A stretch of 64,000 nt of DNA from Gemmatales bacterium (GTDB lineage: Bacteria; Planctomycetota; Planctomycetia; Gemmatales; HRBIN36): NCBI GenBank assembly GCA_041640595.1, contig JBEPZY010000001.1, forward strand, positions 864,001 through 928,000. Reading direction: 5' to 3'. Under the pieces are notes generated by a model, which saw only the letters and a list, made by a program, of their open reading frames with translations, made no database searches and was not told where the DNA came from. Shown in pieces: positions 20,089 to 31,068 of the stretch (position 1 is the first letter of the stretch; every line of letters begins with the position of its first letter). The position numbers and the translations under genes are program-made.

Positions 20089-22278
20089 ATGCGAGTACGG
20101 GGTAAACTCCTGCTTTTAGGCGTCCTGGCCAGTGCCGGGCTGGGAACTTTTGGTGCCTGGCTATGGCACGGACATCGGGAACAAGCCCATGCTCAACAGG
20201 CTGCAACGGCTACACCAGCGGTTCAGCTGAAAGAACCTGCGGTTCCTTTGCCGCTCACGCGCGTAACTTTGTTCAGTGCCGGTGTCGGTCACTTTATACG
20301 TGAAGGTGAAGTCGAAGGCACGGTTCGCGCGGACTTCAATTTCCGCCCCGAACACATCAACGACGTGCTGAAAAGTCTCGTCGCCAACGATCTCGGCGGC
20401 GGAACCGTCTCCACGGTCACCTACGACAGTCAGGACCCGGTCGAAAAGACCCTGCGTAGCTTCGCCATCAACCTCCACGGCAATCCGAGCCTGGCACAAA
20501 TTCTCATCCAGGCCCGTGGCGAACGCGTCGAAGTAGTCTTGCAACAGACGGCCATTACCCAGCCGGGAACCCTTACCGGCTCCATTCTCGGTGTGGAAAA
20601 ACAGAAACAACCCGCTGGCAACACTAGCATAGATGTAGATGTCCTGAACCTGTGGTGTGCGGAGGGCGTGCGTTCGATTAAGTTGGCCGACATTCAGCGC
20701 ATCCGTTTCCTGAATCCCAACATTGAATCGGAGTTTCGCCGGGCCCTCGAGACTCTCGCCTATGCTCACGACACGCAAAAGAAGACCGTGTCCGTCATCT
20801 TCAGTGGCGAGGGAAAACGGCCGGTGCGCGTGAGTTATCTCCAGGAAAATCCCATCTGGAAGATGAGTTATCGGCTTGTGCTCCATAAGGAAGGCAAACC
20901 GTATTTGCAGGGCTGGGCGATTGTCGAAAATCAAACCGATGAAGATTGGCAAGGCGTGCGCGTGGGTCTGGTGAGCGGTCGGCCCATCTCGTTCATCATG
21001 GATTTGTACCAGCCCCTTTATGTGCCCCGCCCGGTTGTGGACCTGGAGCTATTGGCGAACCTGCGGCCGGTAACTTATACTGGGGCAATGCAATTGATGG
21101 AACAGGGGGGCCTTGGAGCAGCGTTGCCACCGGGAGCTCCGCAGGGGGGCTTGCAGTCAGCCAATCGCGAAAAACAAGCAGGTCACGCCGCCGTAGCCGA
21201 TGCGGCCAAACGTGACCGAGGCGAAGCGAACGAACTCGAACTCCGGCGAGCTGCTGCCGCGCGACAGTTCGGCCAGAACCTGGCTCGCGGCATCGAATCG
21301 GTGGCTTCCGCTCAAGACCTGGGCGATTTCTTCGAGTATAGCATCGAACATCCTGTCACGCTCCCGCGGCAAAAGTCGGCTTTGCTGCCGGTCATCACTC
21401 AGCGAGTCGAAGGCCGACGGGTTAGCATCTACAACGAACGCCATCTGGCTAAACATCCCCTCCTGGGCTTCTATTTGAAGAACACCACCGGTTTGCATCT
21501 ACTTCAAGGCCCGATCACGGTGTTTGATGATTCGACTTACGCCGGTGAGGCCAAGATCGGCGACATTCAACGCGGCGAGGAACGCTTGCTCAGCTACGCC
21601 GTTGATTTAGGCACGGAAGTCGAGCCTCAGGCTAAACGTCAACCGGATCGGCTGGTGGCCGTGCGTGTGCAGCGCGGTGTCCTATATGCCACGAACAAAG
21701 TACGCGAAGAAAAGACCTATGTCATTCGCAATCGTTCCGAACAGGATCGCGTAGTCCTGATAGAACATCCCTATCGCGGTCCCGATTTCAAACTCATCGC
21801 CCCGGAGAAACCGCTCGAGCGTGCTCGCGATGTTTATCGCTTTGAAGTAACGGTGCCTAAAGGCGAAACCAAGAAGCTGGAAGTCATCGAGGAACGCGAT
21901 GTTGTGAGCACGGTGGCACTAAGCAACGCGGACGACCAGACTATCCGCATTTTCCTGCAAAGCCCGATCACCAGCCAGAAAGTCAAGGATGCCCTGAGTG
22001 AAATCGTGCAAAGGAAGCACCGTCTGGCCCAGTTGCAGCAGGAACTGACGCAAACACAGGCCGAGCTAAAGATACTGGTGGACGATCAGGCACGCCTGCG
22101 AGCCAACATGCAGGCTCTGCCGCCTAGCAGCGAAACTTACAAACGCTACCTGAAAAAACTCGATGAGCAGGAACCCTTGATTGATAAGTATCAGGAACGT
22201 ATCAAGGCCCTGCAACAGGATATCTTGAAACAGCGGCAGGCCCTGGACAATTACCTGGTCAATCTCAATCTCGATTAG
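20089..22278 (+). CDS. Exported DUF4139-like protein with C-terminal coiled-coil
   Basis: GGAGG RBS before ATG 20089, signal peptide, VTLFSAGVGHF, INDVLKSL, LQGWAIVEN.TDEDW. Confidence 0.75.
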   Translation: MRVRGKLLLLGVLASAGLGTFGAWLWHGHREQAHAQQAATATPAVQLKEPAVPLPLTRVTLFSAGVGHFIREGEVEGTVRADFNFRPEHINDVLKSLVANDLGGGTVSTVTYDSQDPVEKTLRSFAINLHGNPSLAQILIQARGERVEVVLQQTAITQPGTLTGSILGVEKQKQPAGNTSIDVDVLNLWCAEGVRSIKLADIQRIRFLNPNIESEFRRALETLAYAHDTQKKTVSVIFSGEGKRPVRVSYLQENPIWKMSYRLVLHKEGKPYLQGWAIVENQTDEDWQGVRVGLVSGRPISFIMDLYQPLYVPRPVVDLELLANLRPVTYTGAMQLMEQGGLGAALPPGAPQGGLQSANREKQAGHAAVADAAKRDRGEANELELRRAAAARQFGQNLARGIESVASAQDLGDFFEYSIEHPVTLPRQKSALLPVITQRVEGRRVSIYNERHLAKHPLLGFYLKNTTGLHLLQGPITVFDDSTYAGEAKIGDIQRGEERLLSYAVDLGTEVEPQAKRQPDRLVAVRVQRGVLYATNKVREEKTYVIRNRSEQDRVVLIEHPYRGPDFKLIAPEKPLERARDVYRFEVTVPKGETKKLEVIEERDVVSTVALSNADDQTIRIFLQSPITSQKVKDALSEIVQRKHRLAQLQQELTQTQAELKILVDDQARLRANMQALPPSSETYKRYLKKLDEQEPLIDKYQERIKALQQDILKQRQALDNYLVNLNLD

Positions 22279-22339
22279 GCTCCCACTTGCCAGCTAAATC
22301 CAAAGAAGCGGGAGCGTTCCAAGGTATGCCTTTGGTCAC

Positions 22340-22369
22340 GCGGGCGGGTATCCCCCGCCCGCATTCTTT
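22340..22369 (+). terminator. Probable intrinsic terminator after the DUF4139-like gene
   Basis: GCGGGCGGG-TATCC-CCCGCCCGC 9-bp stem followed by ATTCTTT. Confidence 0.55.
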
Positions 22370-22905
22370 GCGCGAACGTGCTAATTCGCTCCTACCGGCA
22401 GAGTTTGCCCAACCGGAATCTACACCGTTGGGGACTAAGGTCGCCCGTTTGCAACAATCAGCCTGAATCACAAAGGGCAAGCAGGAAACGCCAATAACCT
22501 CATGCTCCGAATCCAGTGCATTGCGGTTGCCAGGTGGAGCGAGGTAATCCACTAATGTGAGCGACTGAACCACGGACAAAAAGGTCGCAAACCATGTCGA
22601 GCCGAGGCGATCCACGGCTAATTTGGCGTGCCATCGGCAAACGAATCGAATATGCGTTCGCATGAAAACGGAGGTGAACGATAGCTTATCTGGTAGGCCA
22701 ACCTGGCGGTTCTTCGTCGGCGAATGGCAAGGTTTTTCTGGCAGCGGTCTTCTTCGCTCGTTCATTTCAATCATTCCATTACGGTTACCACGACAGTCTC
22801 GCGGTACACACTTGACGCAACCTCTCGATTCACTGACCCGCGGCTGGCGATACTATAAATCAAAGATTGCCACCGAGCGCCCCTTGCGGTCAACGGGGAG
22901 TGAAT

Positions 22906-23868
22906 GTGAATTTGCGGATTCGACCATTCCGTAACACCGATCCGCCCGCGCTGGTGCGGCTGTGGAATGTGGCCCTGACTGGTCGCGGGGCTGCTATTCT
23001 CCCCAACGTCAATTGTCTGGAATTGGCGGTGCTCGCACGACCTTACTTCGAATCCAAAGGTTTGCTCCTTGCCGAATGTGACGGTCAGATCGTCGGGTTT
23101 GTTCATGCTGGTTTTGGTCCGGACTCCACAGGTCAGCGAATCAGTTACGAGCGTGGCGTGATTTGTGTGCTCGCGGTTCATCCGGAATGGCGACGCCAAG
23201 GAGTTGGAACGCAGCTGCTTCGTCAGGCTGAGACATACCTTCGCCAGCATGAAGCGCGAGAGATTTATTTCGGCTGCCACAGACCCTTGTGCCCGTTTTA
23301 CTGGGGACTTTACGGCGGTAGTGAACCTTCAGGAGTCCTGGAATCCGATGCCCTTGCCAAACCTTTTCTTCAGCGGCATGGTTATGCGGTGCAGGCCACA
23401 CACATCGTGTACCAAAGAATCCTCGACGGCACCCCCTGGAGAATAAGCCCGCAAGCTGCTGTCTGGAAAGCGAAATGTGAACTTGAAGTCATCCCACGTC
23501 CGGTTCACACAAACTGGTTCGAGGCCTGCGTTACCTCGCCGCTGGAAATGTTTCGTCTTCAGGCCCTACTGGAAGGTCGCACCGTTGCTCAGGTGGACAT
23601 GTGGGAAATGGAACTGTTCGGCTGGCGATGGAAGCAACCTTCGGTTGGGCTATTGGATTTGCAAGTTGCCGCAGAGTTCAAAGGCCAGGGGCTCGAATTC
23701 TTCTTGCTGGCTTCCAGCTTACAATGGTTAGAGGAACAATACTACACCCTGGTCGAAATGCATGTACCTGAATCCGACCAGGAATTGCGGAAAAACCTCC
23801 GCGATTTGGGATTCGAAATGGTAGATCGCGGCCTGGTCTATCGGCTGGACCGACCGGGCGCCAGCTAA
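22906..23868 (+). CDS. GNAT family N-acetyltransferase (tandem GNAT-like)
   Basis: LAVHPEWRRQGVGTQLL acetyl-CoA motif A, plus a degenerate second copy (LQVAAEFKGQGLE); GGGGAG RBS. Confidence 0.85.
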   Translation: MNLRIRPFRNTDPPALVRLWNVALTGRGAAILPNVNCLELAVLARPYFESKGLLLAECDGQIVGFVHAGFGPDSTGQRISYERGVICVLAVHPEWRRQGVGTQLLRQAETYLRQHEAREIYFGCHRPLCPFYWGLYGGSEPSGVLESDALAKPFLQRHGYAVQATHIVYQRILDGTPWRISPQAAVWKAKCELEVIPRPVHTNWFEACVTSPLEMFRLQALLEGRTVAQVDMWEMELFGWRWKQPSVGLLDLQVAAEFKGQGLEFFLLASSLQWLEEQYYTLVEMHVPESDQELRKNLRDLGFEMVDRGLVYRLDRPGAS

Positions 23869-23969
23869 AAACAGCAAGAGCGCACGCCCCAGCGTGACCG
23901 GTCGGCACGGCCAGATGCCAGACGCGAAAGCCAGCCGGTTTTCTCAAAGCCATCGGCGATGAGGTAACA

Positions 23970-25232
23970 ATGCCAGAAAAAAAAGGACACCATCCAGGCG
24001 AATTTTGCACTGTCGAGGAAGCTCTCGAGGAGCTTCGCTCGGGAAAGATGATTGTGCTGGTGGACGATGAATTTCGAGAAAACGAGGGCGACCTTGTTCT
24101 GGCCGCCGAGAAGGTTACGCCCGAAGCGATCAATTTCATGCTGCGTGAAGCCCGAGGCCTGCTCTGTCTGGCCATGTCCGCGGAAATCTGCGACCGGCTG
24201 GAGCTTGGCCTGCAGGTCCCGCTGAGTAACCCGATGGGGACTGCCTTCACCGTTTCTTTCGACGCCCGCCGGGGCATCACCACTGGCACTTCCGCCTACG
24301 ACCGTGCCCACACCATCCGCGTGGCCATTGACCCCCGTGCCCAGCCAGGCGACCTGGTACGTCCCGGGCATGTCCACGGTCTCCGGGCTCATCCTGGCGG
24401 TGTCCTGGTGCGAGCCGGACATACCGAGGGCAGCGTGGATTTATGCCGGCTAGCCGGTTTACGAGAAGCGGCCGTCATTTGCGAAATCCTCCGCCCCGAT
24501 GGCCACATGGCCCGGCTCCCTGAACTCCGCGAATTCTGTCGGCAGCACGATCTGAAAATGTGCACCATCGAGGAAATCATCAAATACCGTCGGCAACGTG
24601 AAAAACTGGTCCGACGCGAACTCGCTTTGACCCTGCCGACCGAATTCGGCGAATTCCGGCTCTTCGCTTACACGTCGGTAGTGGATCCCGAACCGCATCT
24701 GGCCCTCTGCCTGGGAGGAATTGGCGACGATAGCGGCGGTGTTGTTCCCGTGCAGGAAGAACCGGTGCTGGTGCGGATTCACTCCCAGTGCCTGACCGGC
24801 GATATTTTCCGCAGCCGTCTTTGTGATTGCGGTGCTCAGCTGCACCAGGCCCTAAGGCAAATTGCTGAGGCTGGCAAAGGGTGCCTGCTATACATGCGCC
24901 AGGAAGGCCGCGGGATTGGACTGCTCCCCAAGTTGCACGCCTATCGGTTGCAGCAAGAAAAACACCTGGACACCGTCGAAGCCAACCGCGAACTTGGTTA
25001 CGCGGCCGATCTGCGGCATTACGGCATCGGCGCACAGATTTTGTACGACCTCGGTATTCGGCAGATTCGCTTGCTAACCAATAATCCGAAAAAAGTCGTC
25101 GGGCTGGACGGTTACGGCCTCAAGATCGTAGAGCGAGTTCCCATCCTGGTGCCGCCTACCGAACAAAATCGCGGATACCTTCAGGCTAAGAAAACTAAGC
25201 TCGGCCATCTGCTCGACGAAATCCTCCGCTGA
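23970..25232 (+). CDS. ribBA: Bifunctional DHBP synthase / GTP cyclohydrolase II
   Basis: DDEFRENEGDL, RAGHTEG, RIHSQCLTGD..CDCG, QEGRGIGL, LLTNNP.K. Confidence 0.96.
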   Translation: MPEKKGHHPGEFCTVEEALEELRSGKMIVLVDDEFRENEGDLVLAAEKVTPEAINFMLREARGLLCLAMSAEICDRLELGLQVPLSNPMGTAFTVSFDARRGITTGTSAYDRAHTIRVAIDPRAQPGDLVRPGHVHGLRAHPGGVLVRAGHTEGSVDLCRLAGLREAAVICEILRPDGHMARLPELREFCRQHDLKMCTIEEIIKYRRQREKLVRRELALTLPTEFGEFRLFAYTSVVDPEPHLALCLGGIGDDSGGVVPVQEEPVLVRIHSQCLTGDIFRSRLCDCGAQLHQALRQIAEAGKGCLLYMRQEGRGIGLLPKLHAYRLQQEKHLDTVEANRELGYAADLRHYGIGAQILYDLGIRQIRLLTNNPKKVVGLDGYGLKIVERVPILVPPTEQNRGYLQAKKTKLGHLLDEILR

Positions 25233-25342
25233 CAGCTGCGCCTCGGTAAGCGTTCGCGGTTTCTGGAAACCTAACATGTTTGGGAAACGTCTGGCCTATT
25301 TCCTACAATGCCTCCCAAAGGGAATTGCTGGAGACTTATCTT

Positions 25343-28300
25343 ATGGACAAGCCATTCGTCCATTTGCACTGCCATAGCCACTATAGTTTGCTCGATGGCG
25401 CTAGCCGGATTCCAGAACTGGTCGCCCGGGTCCGCGATCTGGGAATGCCGGCTATTGCCCTTACCGACCACGGCAATCTCTACGGAGCCATCGAGTTCTA
25501 CCAGCATTGCGTCGCTAATGGCATCAAACCCATTATCGGTTACGAAGCTTACGTGGCACCGGGTAGCCGACACGACCACGACACGCGCGGCATGAGTGAA
25601 GCGGCGTATCATCTGACCTTGCTGGCCTATAACGAGCAAGGCTTTCGCAATCTTATTCGGCTTTCTTCACTGGCTTTCCTGGAAGGCTTTTACTATCGCC
25701 CGCGTATAGATAAAGAACTCCTTGAACGCTATAATCAAGGCTTGATTTGTCTGAGCGGATGTGCTTCCAGCGAATTTAGCACCTTGATTTTACAAGATCG
25801 CTTAGAGGAAGCAATTGAACTGGCACGCTGGTTTGCTAATCTATTTGGCCCTGACCGTTTTTACGTCGAAATCCAGAATAACGGTTTGGACATCCAGCGG
25901 CGGTGCTTAGAAGGTGCCGTGTATGTAGCAGAGCGGCTCGGCCTACCGCTCGTTGCAACGGCGGACGCCCACTATCTTACTCAAGCAGATGCCGAGGCCC
26001 ACGATATTCTTTTGTGTATCAATACCGGCAAACAACGCCACGAAGCTAATCGGCTTCGCTATGGGAGTGACCTGTTCTATGTTCGGGCACCGAACGAAAT
26101 GTATGAGGCCTTTCCTGATTTCCCGGATGCCGTGGCTCGCAGCAAGGAAATTGCTGACCGCTGCAACTTAGAGCTTGATTTCAAGAAACGCCACTATCCC
26201 GTTTTTCAACCACCCCCCGGCCTAACGCCCGAACAATATTTGCGTCAACTTTGCGAAGAGGGTTTGAAACTACGCTACGGTAATCCGCCGCCTTCAGAAG
26301 CTCGCAACCGTTTAGAACATGAACTGGAAATTATCTGTCGCTTAGGTTTTGCCGGTTATTTTCTTATCGTTCACGATTTCGTCCGCTTTGCCCGTGAGCA
26401 AGGTATTCCCTATGGTGCCCGAGGCTCAGCATGCGGGTCCCTTGTCAGCTATGTGCTGCAACTTAGTCACGTGGATCCGCTGGAGTACGATTTACTGTTT
26501 GAGCGTTTCCTAGACCCGAAACGTACCGAGGCACCTGACATAGATATTGACTTTTGTCAACTCCGCCGCGAGGAAGTGCTTGACTATGTTCGACAACGTT
26601 ATGGCCAGGAAAGCGTGGCTCAGATAGGCACGTTTGGAACACTTGCAGCGCGCGCTGCGGTTCGGGATGTCGGTCGCGCTCTCGGACTACCCCGTGCTCG
26701 CATTGACCAAATCGCTCGACTCATTCCCCGCACTCCCGGTGTCACCCTCGCTGAAGCACTGGAAACTAATTTCGATTTGCGCCACGAATACGAAACCGAT
26801 CCACAAATTCGTGAATGTATAAATATCGCCCTGAAACTGGAAGGCACGAATCGGACAGTTAGCACACACGCCGCCGGTGTGGTTATTGCTAACGGACCCT
26901 TGATTGACTATGTACCCGTTCAGCGCGTTGTTCCGCAACGCGCGGACTCGGGTGAGGACAGTGAATGGGATGAAGACAGCCAAAAAAACCGGCCGGCGGT
27001 GCGCGAAGGCGTCGTTACTACTCAGTGGACGATGGAAGATTTAGAAAAAGTTGGCATGCTGAAAATGGATTTCCTGGGCCTGCGCACCTTGACTCTACTC
27101 GACCAGGCCGTTCGTCTAATCAAGCAACACCATCAGATTGATATAGACCTGCATCGGCTTCCGCTGGACGATGCTAAAACTTATCAGATGCTACAACGCG
27201 GTGAATCCGTCGGTGTGTTCCAATTCGAGGGAGAAGGTATTCGCAACTTGCTGCAACGTCTCAAGCCAGATAATATCCGCGACCTTATCGCCTGCAATGC
27301 TCTTTACCGTCCTGGCCCTCTCGGTGGTGGTATGGTAGATGCTTATGTTAACCGCAAGCACGGTCTTGAAAAGCCAATCTATCAACACCCAGTTATGGAA
27401 GAAATTCTCGCGGAAACTTATGGCATCATGGTGTATCAAGAGCAGGTAATGCGCATCTTGAACAAACTGGGCGGCATTGATCTTTCCAGTGCCTATGCCT
27501 GCATCAAGGCGATCAGTAAGAAAAAACACGACGTTATAGCGCAGCGCAGGGAAGAATTCGTGGCCGGGGCGATAGCTCGAGGTGTTGACCCTCGTACTGC
27601 CGAGGAGATTTTCGACCAGATTGTTCACTTCGGTGGTTATGGATTCAATAAATCGCACGCCGCCGCATACGCACTCGTGGCTTATCAGACGGCCTACCTG
27701 AAGGCTCACTTCCCAACCGAATTTATGGCCGCGTTGTTAACCAGCGAAATCGGTAAGTCCGAAAAACTCGCCCAATACGTGGCTCATGCGCGCCAGATAA
27801 ACGTAGCGATCTTGCCACCCGATGTCAATCGGAGTGACGTAGAGTTTAGCGTGGAAAATGGCAAGGTTCGTTATGCTCTCGCAGCACTCAGAGGTGTGGG
27901 TTACAGTGCTGCTCGAGCTATTGTTGACGAAAGGAAACAGCGCGGGCCCTATCTAGACCTTTACGACTTATGCAGCCGCGTCGATCCGCGTATAGTCACC
28001 CGAAGCACGCTGGAAACGCTTATTAATGCCGGTGCCTTAGATGAGTTTGGCAAGCGACCTGCGCTATTAGCAGCACTTCCCGAAGCATTAGGTGCCGGGG
28101 CACGATTGCAAGAAGATCGCAAGATGGGTCAGCGCAGTTTTCTGGACAGCCTGGATACTAACGTTACTAATGTTCCTACCCGGCGGGTGCTCTCTCACGT
28201 GCAAGACTGGTCCTACGAAGAACGACTACGCCGGGAAAAAGAGGCGTTCGGATTCTATTTTTCAGTCCACCCGCTTGCGGGATGGATGGATCGCATTCGC

Positions 28301-28906
28301 TCACTGGCTCCAGCCACTATCAAGCAAGTGCTTGATCGGGCTGCGACTACGGATCCTTCACACGAAGTACTCCTGGGCGGAATGATTAGCGACGTCAGAA
28401 TCACACATGCTCGCAAAAGCCGGTCCGGCAATACCAAGATGGCCCGTTTCACCCTTAGTGACCTAGAGCAGAGCATCGAATGCCTGATTTTTCCTGACGA
28501 TTACCTTCGTTGCCAGGAATACATTGTTGAGGAAGCCGTCGTGTTTATACGAGGTACTTTAGATCGTACACGGGAATCGCCGGTGCTGATTGTAACCAAG
28601 GTACTCACCTATGAACAACTCGCGCGAGAAAGTACTCGAGCGGTCCTATTGAGATTATCACTTAGCCAACATTCACCGTATCTAATTGAAGAAATTCAGA
28701 ACATTCTGCAACGGAGTCCTGGCCGATGCCCAGTTTATATAGAAATCCGCGATCGATTAAATCGGCGTGCTTTGTTTGCCCTGGATAAGTCCCTGAGCGT
28801 GGATGTTCCCACCCTCGATTGCGAAGCTTTAGAACAACTGCTCGGCAAGGATGGCGTGTATTTCCAGCGGACTAATGGCCTGACGCAGGCGGGCCTTGTA
28901 CGATAG
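25343..28906 (+). CDS. dnaE: DNA polymerase III alpha subunit
   Basis: FVHLHCHSHYSLLDG PHP domain, RGSA, PDIDIDF, KMDFLGL, YGFNKSH and C-terminal OB fold; GGAG RBS before ATG 25343. Confidence 0.97.
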   Translation: MDKPFVHLHCHSHYSLLDGASRIPELVARVRDLGMPAIALTDHGNLYGAIEFYQHCVANGIKPIIGYEAYVAPGSRHDHDTRGMSEAAYHLTLLAYNEQGFRNLIRLSSLAFLEGFYYRPRIDKELLERYNQGLICLSGCASSEFSTLILQDRLEEAIELARWFANLFGPDRFYVEIQNNGLDIQRRCLEGAVYVAERLGLPLVATADAHYLTQADAEAHDILLCINTGKQRHEANRLRYGSDLFYVRAPNEMYEAFPDFPDAVARSKEIADRCNLELDFKKRHYPVFQPPPGLTPEQYLRQLCEEGLKLRYGNPPPSEARNRLEHELEIICRLGFAGYFLIVHDFVRFAREQGIPYGARGSACGSLVSYVLQLSHVDPLEYDLLFERFLDPKRTEAPDIDIDFCQLRREEVLDYVRQRYGQESVAQIGTFGTLAARAAVRDVGRALGLPRARIDQIARLIPRTPGVTLAEALETNFDLRHEYETDPQIRECINIALKLEGTNRTVSTHAAGVVIANGPLIDYVPVQRVVPQRADSGEDSEWDEDSQKNRPAVREGVVTTQWTMEDLEKVGMLKMDFLGLRTLTLLDQAVRLIKQHHQIDIDLHRLPLDDAKTYQMLQRGESVGVFQFEGEGIRNLLQRLKPDNIRDLIACNALYRPGPLGGGMVDAYVNRKHGLEKPIYQHPVMEEILAETYGIMVYQEQVMRILNKLGGIDLSSAYACIKAISKKKHDVIAQRREEFVAGAIARGVDPRTAEEIFDQIVHFGGYGFNKSHAAAYALVAYQTAYLKAHFPTEFMAALLTSEIGKSEKLAQYVAHARQINVAILPPDVNRSDVEFSVENGKVRYALAALRGVGYSAARAIVDERKQRGPYLDLYDLCSRVDPRIVTRSTLETLINAGALDEFGKRPALLAALPEALGAGARLQEDRKMGQRSFLDSLDTNVTNVPTRRVLSHVQDWSYEERLRREKEAFGFYFSVHPLAGWMDRIRSLAPATIKQVLDRAATTDPSHEVLLGGMISDVRITHARKSRSGNTKMARFTLSDLEQSIECLIFPDDYLRCQEYIVEEAVVFIRGTLDRTRESPVLIVTKVLTYEQLARESTRAVLLRLSLSQHSPYLIEEIQNILQRSPGRCPVYIEIRDRLNRRALFALDKSLSVDVPTLDCEALEQLLGKDGVYFQRTNGLTQAGLVR

Positions 28907-28938
28907 CCTGGTGCCCCAGGATTTATCAGGAGATAAAT

Positions 28939-29805
28939 ATGCGACTGGTAACTATGCAAACGTCGCAGGGATTGCGAGCCGGTTTATTGACAAACGGAAA
29001 ATATCTGGACATTTGTGCAACGCGACCGGATTTACCGCCGTCCGTTAGACAGCTGCTGGAAATGGGCGAGAGAGCACTCCTGGAATTGCGACAACTCCCG
29101 ACTTTGCCGAATGCGTTCTATTACGAGCCTGATCAAGTACGCTTGGCGGCACCAATCCCTGACCCGCCCAAGGTTATCTGTATAGGTCTAAACTATCGCG
29201 ATCATGCCGCAGAGAGTGGCGCACCTATTCCCGCCGAACCGGTACTCTTCAGCAAGTTTAGCAGTGCGATCATCGGCCCGGAAGAGCCTATCCGCCTGCC
29301 CCGCGTCAGCCATGAGGTAGATTATGAGGCGGAGCTAGTCGTAGTCATTGGTAAACGTGGGCGGTACATCGCGGAAGACCAGGCTCGGAATTACGTGGCC
29401 GGTTATACGATAGGGCATGACGTCTCTGCTCGGGATTGGCAGTTGCGCAAACCGGGCGGACAATGGCTAGCCGGTAAGACTTTCGATACGTTTGCTCCTA
29501 TCGGCCCTGCTCTGGTAACCGCTGACGAGATTCGTGATCCTCACCGGCTGAGTATTGAGTTGCGTCTCAACGGCCAAGTCATGCAGCGAAGCAATACCGA
29601 GCAGATGATTTTCACTGTGGATAAATTAGTCGCCTACATTTCCCAGGTGGTCACTCTACAACCCGGCGACCTCATTTTCACGGGCACGCCTCCGGGAGTC
29701 GGTTTTGCCAGAAAACCACCTGTCTTTCTCAAGCCCGGAGATATAGTGGAAATCGAAATTGAGAACTTAGGCATTCTTCGCAACCCCGTCACTGCTGAAG
29801 ATTGA
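28939..29805 (+). CDS. Fumarylacetoacetate hydrolase family protein
   Basis: KVICIGLNYRDH, DYEAEL, DVSARDWQ, GKTFDTF, TGTP.GVG. Confidence 0.93.
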   Translation: MRLVTMQTSQGLRAGLLTNGKYLDICATRPDLPPSVRQLLEMGERALLELRQLPTLPNAFYYEPDQVRLAAPIPDPPKVICIGLNYRDHAAESGAPIPAEPVLFSKFSSAIIGPEEPIRLPRVSHEVDYEAELVVVIGKRGRYIAEDQARNYVAGYTIGHDVSARDWQLRKPGGQWLAGKTFDTFAPIGPALVTADEIRDPHRLSIELRLNGQVMQRSNTEQMIFTVDKLVAYISQVVTLQPGDLIFTGTPPGVGFARKPPVFLKPGDIVEIEIENLGILRNPVTAED

Positions 29806-29915
29806 TTGGGAACATGGCTCAATGATCCTGGAATGAGAATACGTAAATCCGCAAATGTTTATGAAATTTGCTTGATATTGCCAGCACTTAGGAGGCTGAT
29901 TGCGGAGGATTTCAC

Positions 29916-30941
29916 ATGGTGAAGATTGGGATTGTGGGCATCGGTTTCATGGGGATGATTCATTACCTGGCTGCACAGCGTTTGCAAAATGCTCAGGTCG
30001 CGGCCATCGTTAGCCGTGATCCTAAGAAAAGAGCTGGCGATTGGCGCGGCATTCGTGGCAATTTTGGACCGCCAGGTCAACTTATGGATTTGCGCGGAAT
30101 CAAGGCCTATACTACGTTGAGTGAACTATTAGCCGATCCGGAAATTGAGTTGGTGGATATTTGTTTACCGACACACCTTCATGCCCAAGCTAGCATAGAG
30201 GCACTAAAGTCCGGCAAGCATGTTATCGTAGAAAAGCCCATCGCCTTGAGTTTAGAGGATGCCGATCGTATGCTTGACGTTTGCCGGCAATCTGGCAAGT
30301 TCCTCATGGTAGCCCAGGTATTGCCTTTTGTGCCGGAATTTCATTATGCCTTGCAGTTGGCGCGATCAGGGCAAGCCGGCAAGCTGCTCGGCGGACATAT
30401 AGAGCGTATTATTAGTAAACCAGACTGGTCTGCAGAAATTGCCGATCCTGCAAAGACAGGCGGGCCGGCTATTGATTTGCACATCCATGACACCCATTAC
30501 ATTCTGCTGATGGCGGGCTTGCCGAGTGCTGTTTATGCTCGTGGCGTAGTAGAAAACGGAACAGTGGTGCACCTTACTTCGCAATATGTATATGACCGCG
30601 AAGGGCCCTCCTGTTTGAGCTGTTCGAGTGGTGCCTTGTGCCAGAAGGGACGGGAGTTTACGCACGGTTTCGAGCTTTATTTTGAAAAAGCCACGACTAG
30701 TTATCGGCTCGGTTCTCCCCTTACGGTGTACTGGGCGGACGGTCGCACGGAACAGCCGGCCTTGAGTGATGGCGGCGACCCTACAGCAGCATTTACCGCT
30801 GAATTGCAGGCAGCAGTGAACGCGGTAAGGACTGGTCACGAAGCTCCGGAGCTTAGTGGTCAGCAGGCGCGGGACGCGTTGATGATCTGCTATCGCGAAA
30901 TCGAGTCTGTTTTATCGAACAAAATCGTTGCCGTGCCTTGA
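29916..30941 (+). CDS. Gfo/Idh/MocA family oxidoreductase
   Basis: GIVGIGFMG, DICLPTHLH, EKP, DLHIHD. Confidence 0.92.
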   Translation: MVKIGIVGIGFMGMIHYLAAQRLQNAQVAAIVSRDPKKRAGDWRGIRGNFGPPGQLMDLRGIKAYTTLSELLADPEIELVDICLPTHLHAQASIEALKSGKHVIVEKPIALSLEDADRMLDVCRQSGKFLMVAQVLPFVPEFHYALQLARSGQAGKLLGGHIERIISKPDWSAEIADPAKTGGPAIDLHIHDTHYILLMAGLPSAVYARGVVENGTVVHLTSQYVYDREGPSCLSCSSGALCQKGREFTHGFELYFEKATTSYRLGSPLTVYWADGRTEQPALSDGGDPTAAFTAELQAAVNAVRTGHEAPELSGQQARDALMICYREIESVLSNKIVAVP

Positions 30942-31068
30942 ATTGGCTCTGTTGTGCGGGCATAAAAGTCATTTGGCTAATTGATTGTCAGGCCATTGAA
31001 GCGGTTCGCTAAATCTAAGCCGCCGCCAGAAACGGTAGCTCCGTTTGCTTTTTTTGCGAGAGTAATTT

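Noticed and set aside
22279..22905. ~620-bp gap with ORFs 22265..22774 (-) and 22623..22934 (+)
   Set aside because: No RBS, motif or protein-like composition, and no RNA family recognised; only the terminator hairpin is supported.
30955..30982. dif-like 28-mer TGCGGGCATAA-AAGTCA-TTTGGCTAATT in the low-GC zone
   Set aside because: It matches E. coli dif arms at 8/11 and 7/11, but the normally conserved inner TTATG of the XerD arm is broken, and spot checks showed no GC-skew switch.
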